The notes beneath the pieces are model-generated. The model made no database searches and was not told the origin of the DNA. It worked only from the letters and a program-made list of their open reading frames with translations. 64,000 nucleotides of DNA, taken from Negaprion brevirostris. Its lineage: Eukaryota. Each line of letters begins with the position of its first letter. Position 1 is the stretch's first letter. A program made the position numbers and the translations under genes. The stretch lies in contig JARDVH010000025.1 in assembly GCA_030324005.1 (NCBI GenBank), positions 83,635,521 to 83,699,520 of the forward strand, written 5' to 3'. Of the stretch, positions 10,923 through 23,989 are shown piece by piece.

Positions 10923-13830
10923 GTAAGATCTATTTTTTTCCTAACCGATTAGAAAATGTATGATTGTTACGTCTTATATTGGCCTAAATCTTTTGATCTC
11001 TGGATAGTCTGAGACTGGGCATATGACTGAGACACACAAAATAACCCTGTGGACGTCCTGATGTGCTGACCTCCATCGGAAATAACTGGGATGAGCAATT
11101 CTCCTAATCCGCCGGACCCTCCATGAACATCTCCACTCTGAGTTAGAATTGGAGACTTGGGACTTACCTGAATAATTACCCAGAAAATATTAGCCAGATT
11201 AAAACCTGCTGTAACAGCTGGGAAACAACAGAACTGACCCCCTCGCCCAATCACCCAGCCTGACTCACCAACTCTCCTACCGACAAGACCTGACTATCCA
11301 CCTCCCCCCGCCAAATCTGATCTGACGACCCTCCTGTTCCCTCCCCACACACTTGCCAACTTGCCCTTCTACCATTCATCCATTCACTAACATTCAGACT
11401 GAACCTTTAAACTTAGGTGGCATCCATTTCCATGAATGGTGTCCTGTCTTCCCCACCCTTGCCAACTCTAATCCACTGTGCTGGAGTTCTCCCAGGCGTG
11501 CTGCACCATTATGAAAGCTGGACTTGGAAGCACCCAGAACAAAAGGGGAGGAGTGTCAAATCAGGAAGTTTGAGCTGGGAGCAGTCCGATGAAGATCTGA
11601 GCTATAGTTCTTTTAAGATGCAATATTAAGGCGCACTTGTACAGTTTCTCACTGCAGAATGAATGTAATTTGCTTTATTGTTTGTTACTTTATACTTGTA
11701 TCTAATATCTAACAGTTCCATACAGCTTTAGCCCTCAGGCACGTAAATGATTACTTCTCAATTTTTCCGTCATGTATAGTTGTACTGATGCATTTACCTG
11801 ATGAAACCCAAGTATGACTTTAAGCAAACCCATTCTTCATTCTAAACTGTTGCATTCAATAGAATTCCGTTGGAGTAAATGAACCTTCTTTTCAACAAAA
11901 TCATAAAATCATTCCTACCAGCTAAATATATAAGAACTGCACACAGCATTTCAGATTGATGTTTCTTTATCTTTTCCCTTCTCTCATTCTTTGTCGCTAA
12001 AGGGCAGCCTTGAGTGCACCCCAGGACTCTTTTAAGCTTATCATGGTCAACGTACTGGGGAGAAATGTGGTAGAAAAATATTGTGTATATTGCTGGAAGC
12101 AAAGTTTAGGATTGAACTTCATCTGTGAGGTACATGAGAGTTCTAAAAGGGATGGCAGGACGTACCTTGCTGAACCAGCCAGTATTTGCTTTAAAGAATA
12201 CGGCTTGATTCATGTCCAGCAGTTAGTGATATTTAAGTATAAAGCCCATTTGAAAACACAGGCTTCTGGGTTTCATTTGTAGTATATTGAGGAATCTGGT
12301 GAACATATCTTGGGATAGGCAAACTGCAGACTTTCATCCAGATTAAGATGCAAGTTGTTCCAATACACATCCAGTTTTAAATACAGTAGTAATATTGCTG
12401 AATTTTTTTGCTCATTTGAGGTAAAAATGTTTCTGTTCCAGAATGGAGCACTTTCTTAATTTAGTTATCCACGGGCAGCATTGCACACTCTCAGGACAGG
12501 TATTACATATGTTGGGTGGAATAAAATTGAAAGGAAAAGTAGGAAGGGCAATGGTGGAGTGCCTGTCATCCGCCTGTTTCCATGTGTTTCCCTGAGTGGT
12601 GGGACAATTTGAAGCTCTTAGGTGACCAATTAAAGGCCACAAGAACCTCTTTCTGCTGTCACTTGCAACCCAGTGAGACAGGGACCCCTTCCGCCACATG
12701 GGCAAACCCCATCCATAAATCCCATCACACTTATTTGTAAGTGTGACAATGGCATAAAAGTTGGCAGCCTTGCTGCCAGCGGGTGAGGGGGTAAGTGAAC
12801 ACTGTTGCCCATTAGGGGCCCCAATGGTGACAATGTCAGTCCCTGTGAAAATAACTCCCTGCCATTATCAACCAGCTGTCCTGGCCACCTTTCCCAGTGA
12901 TGCTTCTGGGATTGAAGAGCTGGGGCCTTCAATTGAGCAGCAGTTTTGAAGGCAAGAATTCCAACCTTAAAGGACAGCAGCCCTAAAGCCTTGCAGTCAA
13001 TTGCCTGATTGGCATAAAGTTGGATTAGGGCCCCGGAAATAGCCAGTGCAGGGTTGGCCCAGCCTTTCAGCCTGTTTAATGCAGAGCAATATTAGTTGGA
13101 ATAGAAGTTGAGGAGTCATCTAATCAATTTGAAATCATAATGGGATTGAATGGGCTAAATCTTTGTTGGGTAATTCTGCAGCCAAGGCATGTTGGTGGAA
13201 TTAAGGTACAGACACGACATCAGTAGTATGCTGGAACCAGCTTGAGGGCCCTGCACCAGTTTTTATGTTCTTCAGACCTGATCTCTAGAAGGGCACCCTG
13301 CTGTATAGAACTCCCTTCCAGAGCAGGGTATCCCATCTGAAAGGGATTATCAACAGTTTTGTTTTAAAGTTGATTTAAAGCCAGACTCCTTAAATTAATG
13401 AACAGTGCCAGAGCCTCATGTGTCTTTGCTGGTGGTTTACTTTTGAGTCATTTGATATTTATATTGCACCTTATGTATATCCAAATTCTATTCAAACTTT
13501 GGCAAAGATGTTTATCAATGTAAAAAGAAATTCTGGAATAAATGGAAAAATAGTTTTTGATAAAAAATAAAGGTGCCTATATCTTTTTGTATTCTAGTAA
13601 AATCCCTGAGAACTATACTGCATTATATGGTGTTTATTTATGTGCTGCAGTACATAGGAAGAAGAAAAAATGCTAAAAGTAAAAATTAATATTTTAGTTC
13701 CCNNNNNNNNNNNNNNNNNNNNNNNNNNNNNNNNNNNNNNNNNNNNNNNNNNNNNNNCTAAGCATTGTTTTGTTTACCATGGTTGGTTGGTTTGTTGAAT
13801 AAGATGAATATATTATTGAATATTTCATAG

Positions 13831-13900
13831 GTACACCACAAGACACCTGAATGATGAATCAGCATCCAAACAGATTCGGACCATGCTTCAGGTTCAGTAA
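13831..13900 (+). CDS. CYRIA: CYRI-A final coding exon 10 (YTTRHLNDESASKQIRTMLQVQ*)
   Basis: TAG acceptor at 13829-13830, stop TAA at 13898-13900. Spliced CDS is 978 nt = 325 aa plus stop. Confidence 0.93.
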
Positions 13901-16900
13901 CTCCTTGGGCAAGAGGATCTCTGTCCTGACCTCAGAAGATGTACATGTTTACATAATTTAATACAAGTTGGTGTTAATACTTATTTGTCTTATTTACCAT
14001 AACCATTCCCTCCTCATCACTTAACATATGAAGAAAGACCTTTATAATAAAATTGGTGAATGGCAATTTTGTTTTTTATTTTTACATAGCATAATATGAA
14101 GCATACCTGCAGCCTTATATTTGATGTTGCAAAGTGCAGTTTGTTTTTGGCAGAATTGATGTACAATGCTGTTTTGCTCCAGTATGAATTTCTCTATATT
14201 ACTATAAGATCTGGTACATCTGCTAATCTTGTAAATTTTGCTAGTGGTTTAGTGTCTTAGCATTCAGGGAAACAGTTCTTACTGTGACAAAGATCAACAC
14301 ACAAGCTTGCAGATTTTTCAAATTGTCTTACATGTGTTTGGTCAGTCAGCTACTATGGGCATAGATCATCAAGATCTGCACCTAGTTCCATCTGGTGCTC
14401 ATGTTTGGTTGGAAACATGCTTTTGAGCTTTGAAGAGATATCATCTCTTTCACTAGCCTGCAGCAAAGAATTTAAGAATTACTTTTACACTCTCCCAGCA
14501 CATCCGTCATTATAAAAATGAACAGAATATGAAATTTGAAAAAGGCAGTAACATTAAAAAGCCATACCATTTTAATTGCATCATTTCTGTGCCAGCATTT
14601 CAAATCAGGCCATTAATGGATTATAGATGATCTTCTTTTCTGAGCTTCACAACACGTAAGTAAGATTCTAAGTCTAGTCTGGACTTAATGGGCATTTTAA
14701 ATATATCAAGTTGTGCATTTCCCATTATGTGCACTTGCAGTTAAGCAAAAGGGGAATACAATATACATGCAAAAAGATAAATATACTTGATAAGCAAGAG
14801 GTAACATTGGCATATGGTCACATGCTTTTAGATGAATGTAATTCCAGTCATTGCCAAATATGTACTACAAGCTGATAAATCAATCTTCTGCCCAAGTGTT
14901 ATATAGAAGAGTGTTACAAAGTATTATTAAAAAAAATTTAATGATTGAGAACAAATATTAAATCTGGAATTATAACCGCAAAAAAAACTAGGGGAAGTAA
15001 AATGAAAGGAAGGGAGAATGAACAAATTAACTTTAAGGGAAATGATATAGGCTTATAAGAAGAGGGTCTGTTTCTTTAACTCCTTCACTGGTGCAAAACT
15101 ATATTTCTATTTCAGCATATTTTTTATACAAGCAATAAAATTTCATGTGTTGCATTCTGTGAATGAAGTACACATAAATTAAATGCAATTTAAAAAGAAT
15201 TATAACATAATCTATCATACCTGTATTCTGCAAATAGGGAATGTGTCGCAGCAACCCATATAGTAATAGTTGTTTCCATAAATGTGGCTGAATGAATAAT
15301 CCACAGGTGATGAACTCATGAATAATCAGCATCATGTGTGAAAATATAAATAATAGTACATCCGAGCCAACGATGTATTCTATTTATACCACAGGTTTAT
15401 CATTGTTAAATTTAAAAAATAATTGTATCTTTTTATTAGGGTAACAATGGTAGTAGGGATTTCAAAGGCTGCCTATTTGGTCATGCAAGCTAGCTCTCAT
15501 CTCCTTGAACAGATGACTAGCCACCATTATGAACTGAAGAAAATATCCTTGGACCAAGTATGAATTCCCCTCTCCAAGCATTATATTTTACTTGCACATT
15601 ATACTTTTGAGATTCTAACTCAAATAGCCCTTTATTCTTCTGAATATATTTTTAAAATGAGAGCAAATTTAAAGTTTGCTGGCTTGATTTTTATTGGCGA
15701 TCTAAACGCTCAAACTCTTTAGTGTGAAGCATTGTATATGTTTATGAGGCCTCTCCTTTACATATGGAGTAACTTGCAAAAGGTATACGGTTGGAGTTAT
15801 TTGAGTATTAAAATTTTATAAGATTTTTCCTTTCTTAAAACACAACTAGAAAATGAGTTACGAATCGAGAAATGTTCAGTTATTTCCATGGCAATAAGTA
15901 TTTTATTCAGAAAATGGCAGCAGAGTTGCCTGGACCAAGAGTGGTAGCAATGTTCGTCCAACTCTAGCAATTGATATTGCGTGCCTGTGGGAAAATGAAA
16001 ATATTTTCATGGATTGTTACCAACATCACTGGTACAAGTTAACACTTGTATAAATAATCTACAGAATTTAGTGGCAAAGTGGTGAGAAAGTGAATTACAT
16101 CAGATTGCATCCATTTGGCAACACAACGTTAGGTGCCTTGAGAGCTGTGCCACTAAATTTGATACGGTTTATCACTGTGACCGATTTGAGCCAGGTGAAT
16201 ACTACTGCAGTGTAAGACGTCAAAAATGACTCACGGTCATTGTATTTTGTAGTAGTATGTTGGCATGGGTTTAATTATGATATCAGATTCAAGAATATCC
16301 CTATTAAACAGGCAAACATTTTACTTGTAAGCCCATAGAATTTCAATTCCAGTACTAATGAAATATAACTATCATAGCATTTATTTTGTAGTGCGGCCTT
16401 TAATTAAAGTTACAGAGTTGCAAGCACAGTATTAGAAAGTCAGCAACTTTTGTGAATGCATGATCATCACATTATAGCATTAAATATAAGTTTCAGAGGA
16501 ATTATTTGGCAAAATTCTGTTTTTGAATGGTATNNNNNNNNNNNNNNNNNNNNNNNNNNNNNNNNNNNNNNNNNNNNNNNNNNNNNNNNNNNNNNNNNNN
16601 NNNNNNNNNNNNNNNNNNNNNNNNNNNNNNNNNTGGTATCTTAAATGCACTGGAAAATGGAAATGTGGCTTAAATGCATTCCCCAAAGAAGTAATATTGC
16701 CACTTTAAACTGTTGAGTTAGGACATTGGTTTAAAGATCAAGCCTTTTAAATGGTGGCAAGACACTTCAGTTCCATAGTACTAAAACAGTGTTCATCCTA
16801 GGTGAGATTTGCTATTTTATTCCACTATGATTTATTGTTGCAGTTTAATATGAGTAATAAAAGCTTTGATATTGTTTGTGACACATTGTATATTGCTGTG

Positions 16901-17205
16901 TATTTTGAATTCTAACTTAAAATGGATTAAAAACAATGAGAAATCAATTTATCTTACTGTTGTCCTTCCTTAAAGCAACATGAAAGTACCACACTATATC
17001 GTGGGCATTCTTCTTCAAAAGTCATTATTATACATGGAATTTGCAAATTCAGAATTTAGCTTACTAAAATACTGGTTTGACAGACTGTATTTTTAATTTC
17101 ATTTTTCCCTTTTCACAGAAACAATTACCATGTTCAAAACCAGCTTTATTTTACACATTATTTTCATTTCACATAAAAATAAAGCTATTAAATGCTTTTG
17201 TTGTC
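13901..17205 (+). other. CYRIA: Probable long 3' UTR of CYRIA
   Basis: AT-rich, no recognisable repeat for ~3.3 kb. AATAAA at 14046, 15134, 16856 and 17178; the last is followed by a U/GU-rich tract. The true 3' end is not determinable without transcript data. Confidence 0.55.
17178..17183 (+). terminator. Candidate distal polyadenylation signal AATAAA
   Basis: AATAAA then ATTAAA and TTTTGTTGT downstream; repeats resume shortly after. Confidence 0.45.
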
Positions 17206-18839
17206 TAAATGACCTAAAAATGGGTTAGTGTTACGTGCACTGCACAGAACAAATATTGGTCATTGGTTTTCTAATTGCAGCAGAAATCTGACAGGCACTC
17301 ATTGTAAAACTTGTCTGAAATACTTGCTAATATGTCACACAGAACACATGTTTGAAGTGAACAGCAGGCAGGTCAGCATCTGAAAGACAAAGTTAAAGTC
17401 ACAGATGGTGATTGAATATATTTTTAGCGATGCAGTCAGGCACATGAATAAAACCCTCTTTTTAGACAGTTTATATTTGTAAAATGTACAAAACAATAGC
17501 CAATTTTGGTGAATGGCTTTCTTCATTCTGTTTAGCATTGGGATACCAAAAGGCACCTGCCCAAGTGACTGTGGCACCTAGCTGAAACAGGCATTAAGCC
17601 TCTTGCATTTGTCAATGAGTGATCTTAGACTTGTTTTAGAATCCTGCATGAAATTGTTTGGCACTTAGGATAACTGGGTCAGGCCTGCCCCTCTCAGGAT
17701 GCTTCAGCAGTTCCTGCACTGCGAGGTAAACCTAAGGAATCCGCTGCCTGACATTGTTTATTCAGCCCAAGTTGGAAGGCTGGGCCAGAAATGTGCTGCT
17801 CCATCCCACTGTAAGTCAACAGGAGTAGAATAGAAATCAAATTGAGATTGTCAGTCCTCGGAAGTTCTTGCATGATTGTCATTTTTTCATCATTGCTGGG
17901 TGCAAACTCTAGAAATCCCAACCTAAGAGCACTTTGGAATACCCTCATCACTTGGGCCGCAGCAATTGAAGAGATAAGCAATAAATGTTGGCCTTGTCAA
18001 AATCTAAGCATGATACTTTTAAAATAATTGGTGTCATACAACCAATGTTGGAGTTCAGGAATTTCTATTTTAATGATTCCATCACCATCCACTTCAGGCT
18101 TTAAAAGTTGAATGTTCAGACTTCCCTTGCAATCACAAAACGGTGTCCAACTTTAAAATTCCTTAGCATTATTGAGGCCTGCTCATGCTGACAGTACTGA
18201 CATTATCTGAGCAGATCATCAGAAACTTGTGACAAATATCTATTTAGTTTCAATTGTAGAGTATAATAGTGCCATTGAGAAGTGACAGTCCACAGCTTCC
18301 ACAGTCAAGTAGCCCTTCTACACTGCAACCTGTGGAACTAAAGTGCACACACTGCTGTGTGTTGACATGCCTATTTTTTCAATAAAGAAATGTTCTAGTT
18401 GTTAAACTGCTATTGACCTTTATTTAGTTGCTGTAGGTAAAACATCAGAAAGTTATTTGCTTGAAAGGATGTAAAATAAATTGAGATAACTGAAAACATG
18501 TTAATTCTTTTGTATTTATAGGATACACTTGTTATCACTTTAATGAAAATCCTGAACTTTTTGATTCATCAATTTGTCGTCTGATATCACTTCTTAATAT
18601 CATTTCCTGGAGAATTAAATGCAATCACTGTTTGACTAAATAAATCTGCTGTGTTTATGAATTCCCCAAATTGACAACTTTGTCAAAATCCCCTCAAAAT
18701 AGCTGAACATATAATTGAGATGTCACACAATATTCAAACTGATCCTATGATAGTTGTGCAGTATCAGAATTTGGAAATTGTTTTTAAAATAAATAGTCAT
18801 AGTGTTATTTTGTGAAACATATAATCTTCCATTTTGACT

Positions 18840-19790
18840 TTGTGCCATTCTCTAGCCATTTCCCCATAATCCTGCACACTTTTTCTATTTAAATAATTAT
18901 TTAATGCCTCAGTTGAATCTGCCTCCACCACACTTCCAGGCAGTGCATTCCAGATTCAAACCACTTGTGTGAACTTTTTCTTGCATTGCATTTGTTCCTT
19001 TTACAAATCACTTTAAATCTTTGCCTTCTCATTCTTGATACTCTTATGAACAGGAACAGTTTCTCCCCATCTACTGTCTAGTCTCCTCATTGATTTGAAC
19101 ATCGCTATCAAATCTCTTATTCTTTCCAAGGAGACTAGTCTCAACCTCCAATCTATCCTTGTAACTGAAGTTTCTCTTCCCTGGGATCATTCTTGTAAAC
19201 CTCTTCTGCATTCTCTCCAATGTGTTCACATTCTTCCACGGTGTCCAGACTGACTGGCAGCTAACCAGCATCTTGTACAAGTTCTGCATAACCTCCTTGC
19301 CCCTAATTACGGAAGAATACTTTATGCACCTGTTAATGAAGTCCGGGATATCATATGCAATATTAACTACTCTCTTCCCTTGTCCTGTCACCTTCAATGA
19401 TCTATACATACATACACCCAGGTCATCCCTACGCCCTGTTAAGAATTGTATCCCTTATTTTACATTGTCCATGTTCTTCCTGCCAAAATGCATCATCTCA
19501 CACTTCTCTGCAAATAACTTCATCTGCCACCTATCTTCACACTCCATCAACTCATCTGTCTCTTTTTGAAGTTCCACACTGTCCTCCTTACAGCTTATAA
19601 TACTTCCAGGTTGTGTGTCAGCTGCAAATGTTAGAATTGTCCCCGGCACACGAAAATGTAGATCCTTAATATATATCAAGAAATGTAAGATCCCAATACT
19701 GAATCCCTGGGGAACACCACTACCAACCTTCCTCCAGCTCAAAAATATCCATTGACCATTACTCTCCGCTTCCTATTATTAAACCATCCT
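18840..19790 (-). mobile_element. CR1 LINE ORF2 3' fragment, degenerate
   Basis: ORFs 19455..19742 (SGVPQG, FAADT, WQMKL.AEKCEMMHFG) and 19071..19409 (LERMQKRFTRMIPG). Confidence 0.85.
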
Positions 19791-21169
19791 CGGTCTTTGC
19801 AATTTCTAAATCTCAGGAACTATTAGGCAGCGTGATGAATGGAGGGGTATTAATTTGTGTCCAGCAGCTAAATTGGAGTTTGCAATCTTGCTGCCATATT
19901 GAAAATAAATAGACTTTTGACAAATGTGTACTCTGTAAATCCAGCATTGAGATCCATTGACTTTATCCTGAAATATTCATACAAAAACTAAGTTACGATC
20001 ATCCTCAATATTATATTGTCTGCTGGAATTTCAGTGCATCACATCAAAAATGGTTTGGGATATTTTCTCTTAAAATGTGGTGGCACAAAGGATGGCAGGA
20101 CAAGCACTTGAAGTAGGACCATGGTTGAATGTACCAGCAGTTTCTGTTACCTAAGATGGCAGTGTCTATATGATTTTTAATGACAATTTTTAAATTTTTT
20201 TTTCACTTTCCAAATGATTGATATAGACAGATTATGATAGCAAGGAACTTTACAATACTGGCCATGACTCTGAAATTGGTTGACTCTCAAATGCCCTCTG
20301 AAATGGCCTAGCAAGCCATTCAGTTGTACCAATCCAAGGGCAACTAGGGATGGGCAATAAATTATAGAATCCCTACAGTGCAGAAGTAAGCCATTTGGCC
20401 CATCAAACCTGCACCAACAACAATTTCATGCCGGCCCTATCCATTACAATTTNNNNNNNNNNNNNNNNNNNNNNNNNNNNNNNNNNNNNNNNNNNNNNNN
20501 NNNNNNNNNNNNNNNNNNNNNNNNNNNNNNNNNNNNNNNNNNNNNNNNNNNNGAGGAATTGATGGGAATCTCAGTCAGCCTGACACACCCTATCCAGAAC
20601 CATAAACTTCACCCCATGATGTTTGACATTCACGTCTGACTCTTGGTATGCACTCGGGGAAACGCGCAGGAAAAATAATGTTTTGAGCTGAAGTAAAGTC
20701 TCGTACGCCTTGATGCAAAGAGTAACATGCACAAAGTTCTGTTAGTCTGATTTTAGGAACTTGGTATTTTGGTATAATTTTTAAATCATTGCATTATTTC
20801 TGAGAAGTTGATACGTATTTCAACAGGTTTTAAAACAAATTACAGCATTTTACAAATAAAAGGGAAGCCTTGTTTAATTCTCTGAATTATTAACCTCAAA
20901 TCAATCAAATGCATCCACTTATAATAGGAAAGGTTCACATTCATTATTATTACAGGCGCTGCCAATCAGTCATTCAGATAAAAGGATCTTCCCACTGGCC
21001 CAAAATTCTGGTTTCGTATGCCCCTCCACCGCTGCCAGCAAGAATGGAGAATTTGGTGCTCAGCCAAATCACTGCAGTGGTACTGGAGAATCCTAGCCAT
21101 TGCCTTATAATCTTTTCAGATTATAAAATTGAAATTTAAATGGCTAGGAAAAAAGTAAACGTTAATGCA

Positions 21170-21428
21170 TTCGTCACAAGTAGGTTTACGTTAACATTGC
21201 AACGAAGTTACTGGGAAAATCCCCTAGTCGCCACACTCCAGCACCTGTTCAGGTACACAGAATTCTAGCAATGGCCAATTCACCTAACCTGCACATCTTT
21301 GAACTGTGGGAGGAAACCCATGTAGATACAGGGAGAACATGCAGACTCCACACAGACAGTGACCAAGCCAGGAACCAAACCTGGGTCCCTGGCACTGGGA
21401 GGCAGCAGCGCTAACCACTGTGCCATCA
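21170..21428 (-). mobile_element. tRNA-derived V-SINE (HE1-like)
   Basis: Reverse complement has A-box GGCACAGTGGTTAGC, B-box-like GGTTTGGTTCC and V-domain-type CAAAGATGTGCAGGTTAGG. Confidence 0.8.
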
Positions 21429-22249
21429 TGTCGTTTGTAAAGAATTTCTGAATGCCGAATGACCAGACTGGGTAACATATCACTAATAAAAGTTAGAAAC
21501 TAAATCAAAATAACATTTTTCTCCTCCGTCTGCAAAAAAAAATACATTTTCTACCATCATTACATATAAAGTGCAAATTTTACAGCAGAATTGTTTTGCT
21601 TCCTTTCAGTATTTTAGTTACTCTTAATGTATAGACGTAATCTATCTCAAAAAACTGGACTTGCAAAAAACACTGTTCAAGAACAAGCAACCTCACTGGT
21701 GCTGATCTGAAGCAGAATCCTGCAGTTTGAGCATTTGCAGCGTGGAAGAATGAGTAAGAGTCCAGCTTTCCACACACTGTTTTGGTTTGTTTTGCCAAAT
21801 GATTGGAAAGCAAGCTGGATAATTTATTCCAACCATTGTTTTTCAAATAGGTTTCAGACTTTAAACTTGTTATCAGATGTTTTATTTTTACTTCAGAGTG
21901 AAAATTTAGCTGAGAAATTACACCACTGGCATTTATTGTATTTTCTGTTTTTAATCCTGAATTCCAGCACTTGCAGCTTTTCCTTATTATTTTCATTTAG
22001 AATTTGCTTTAGTAGTTGCTGAGAGGATTGTGTAGGGTGTGCTCGAGTCTCCTGTTGCTCCGTCACCACTGAGATACTCCTCTCAACTTGTCTATTTTGT
22101 CACGAAAGGTTATTTTGTATGTTCTCTTTAATATTCTTTTCCCTGTAAAAATAATTGGGATTTTTCTTCAAATTTTCACTAATATTTTCTTTTAACTAGT
22201 TAGGGTGGCCAAAACAGCAAACAATATTTCAAATATGGACTGAGCAATT

Positions 22250-22652
22250 AGCAAGTGTGAGGTTATCCACTTTGGCAGGAATAATAGTAGGAGGGATTAC
22301 TATTTAAAGGCGAAAAGCTGCAGCATTGTATGGTGCAGAGGGACCTGGGGGTCCTTGTGCATGAGTCGCAGAAACCCAGTCTGCAGGTGCAGCAGGTGAT
22401 CAAGAAGGCGAATGGGATGCTGGCCTTTATAGCGAGGGGGATAGAATANNNNNNNNNNNNNNNNNNNNNNNNNNNNNNNNNNNNNNNNNNNNNNNNNNNN
22501 NNNNNNNNNNNNNNNNNNNNNNNNNNNNNNNNNNNNNNNNNNNNNNNNTGGAACTGAGCCACGACAGATCAGCCATGATCTTATTGCATGGCGGGGCAGG
22601 CTCGAAGGGCTAGATGGCCTACTCCAGCTCCTACTTCTTATGTTCTTATGTA
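22250..22652 (+). mobile_element. CR1 LINE 3' fragment containing an N gap
   Basis: ORF 22330 (VQRDLGVLVHES...ANGMLAFIARGIE) and tail TTCTTATGTTCTTATG. Confidence 0.85.
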
Positions 22653-23048
22653 CATAGCGTTAAATACGTTATTATGATTAAATTAAATGACCATATTTCA
22701 CCCAGAGTCATAAAACAGATGTGTTCTTGTGTTAACTGGATATTTCATTCCATTTTACACATCTTGTAGGCATTTAAAGTTCTTATTTTACAATCAGAAT
22801 TAAATAGAAAGTTAATATTTGTTCACCCATGCGTTTATCCAGACAAATTGATTATACCACAAGGAAAGGACCATATCAACAGTTTGCCTAGCAAGCATTA
22901 TCCTTGATTAAGAGCAATAACCAACACTGCTTGAACTGTGTTAGCTGATTGATGGCAACTAAAGACTGTACATAATGCTTCACAGCCACTTCTCTGAGTG
23001 TTTATTGATGTATTTCATGAGCCTAATGTTATGCTCCACATCGATAAC

Positions 23049-23102
23049 TAGAAAGTGAGACATTCTTGCTTTCCATAGAAAGTGAGACATTCTTGCTTTC
23101 CA
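23049..23102. repeat. Perfect 27-bp tandem duplication
   Basis: TAGAAAGTGAGACATTCTTGCTTTCCA present twice. Confidence 0.9.
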
Positions 23103-23451
23103 GATCTATTTACAACATAGCTGTCATTACTGTAATCTGGCCCAACAAACAATAATTTCATTTGATTTACTGAACAAGCTATTTGTAGGTTAGTATCACC
23201 GCTGACACATGCTGCGTATGAGAAACATTTTGCTGTCAGTGAGGGAGGTAATGTTTGGCTAAGGAAGCACTGTTGACCTTAATTAGTGCAGTTCATCTTC
23301 TCCCAGTTATATTCACTCTCATTGAAAACAACAGTCAGAAATTGTGTTGGTCAACATGACATCCCTTTCTAATGCATTTTTCCCTCCATGTTATCCTGCT
23401 GCTGGAAGAGTTAGATGATTTGGTTATAGACATTTCCTTGAGCATCGCCAG

Positions 23452-23630
23452 GGTTTTTCTGTATTAGACACTTTTAAACTAAATCAAAGGAACTAAGGGA
23501 CAAAGTAAAAGGGCCCCTGCTTTAAACTAGAACAAATCACAAATTAAACATAAAGCATCAAACTAAAATATGATTAAGTGGTTGATAAGGCACTTCAGTC
23601 CCTGCAGTGCCTACCTGGCACAGAAGAGGG
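23452..23630 (-). mobile_element. Putative Tx1-clade LINE 3' end (ORF2 C-terminus plus 3' UTR)
   Basis: Minus strand 23625 to 23563 translates FCAR*ALQGLKCLINHLIIF*, resembling remembered Tx1 ORF2 ends (F..RWAP.G..C). A T-rich UTR follows. Related segment at 24243-24350. Confidence 0.45.
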
Positions 23631-23764
23631 CAACACTTCCAATTTTTTGCATCTGATGCAATTTTTTAAAAAGAGTAACATATTCAGAAGGGTTCCTTAA
23701 ACTGGGCCACTTTTAAGTACTTAAAATTTAAATTAAATCACAAGGTAAAAGTTTATTATTTGTA

Positions 23765-23989
23765 ATCACTTCTTGGCCTTTTTTTTGTTTTTATTCCAAT
23801 TCAATCAAATCAAGTCCAATTCAGAGTCTCAACAAGTTGAGACTCATCTTAGCCAAAAGGCCGGGTGCCCCCTTCGGTGCACTTATATTTCTCCAAGTCT
23901 GTACTAGGCCTGTCAATTATGTAGTTGTAGTTGTGAAGAACTTTTAGCCTTTTGGCTAAGATGAAGTGCAGTATCTTCATGCTGTTCTT
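23765..23989 (+). pseudogene. U2 snRNA 5' fragment split by an insertion
   Basis: 23765-23782 matches U2 nt 1-18 at 16/18 (both mismatches are CpG transitions). 23947-23976 matches U2 nt 12-41 at 28/30. Confidence 0.75.
23779..23863 (-). mobile_element. Internally deleted U2-headed SINE-like element
   Basis: Minus strand has CGGCCTTTTGGCTAAGAT (U2 nt 10-27, 18/18), then GA, then a 53-nt tail 52/53 identical to 24183-24235, then an A-rich tail. Confidence 0.7.
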
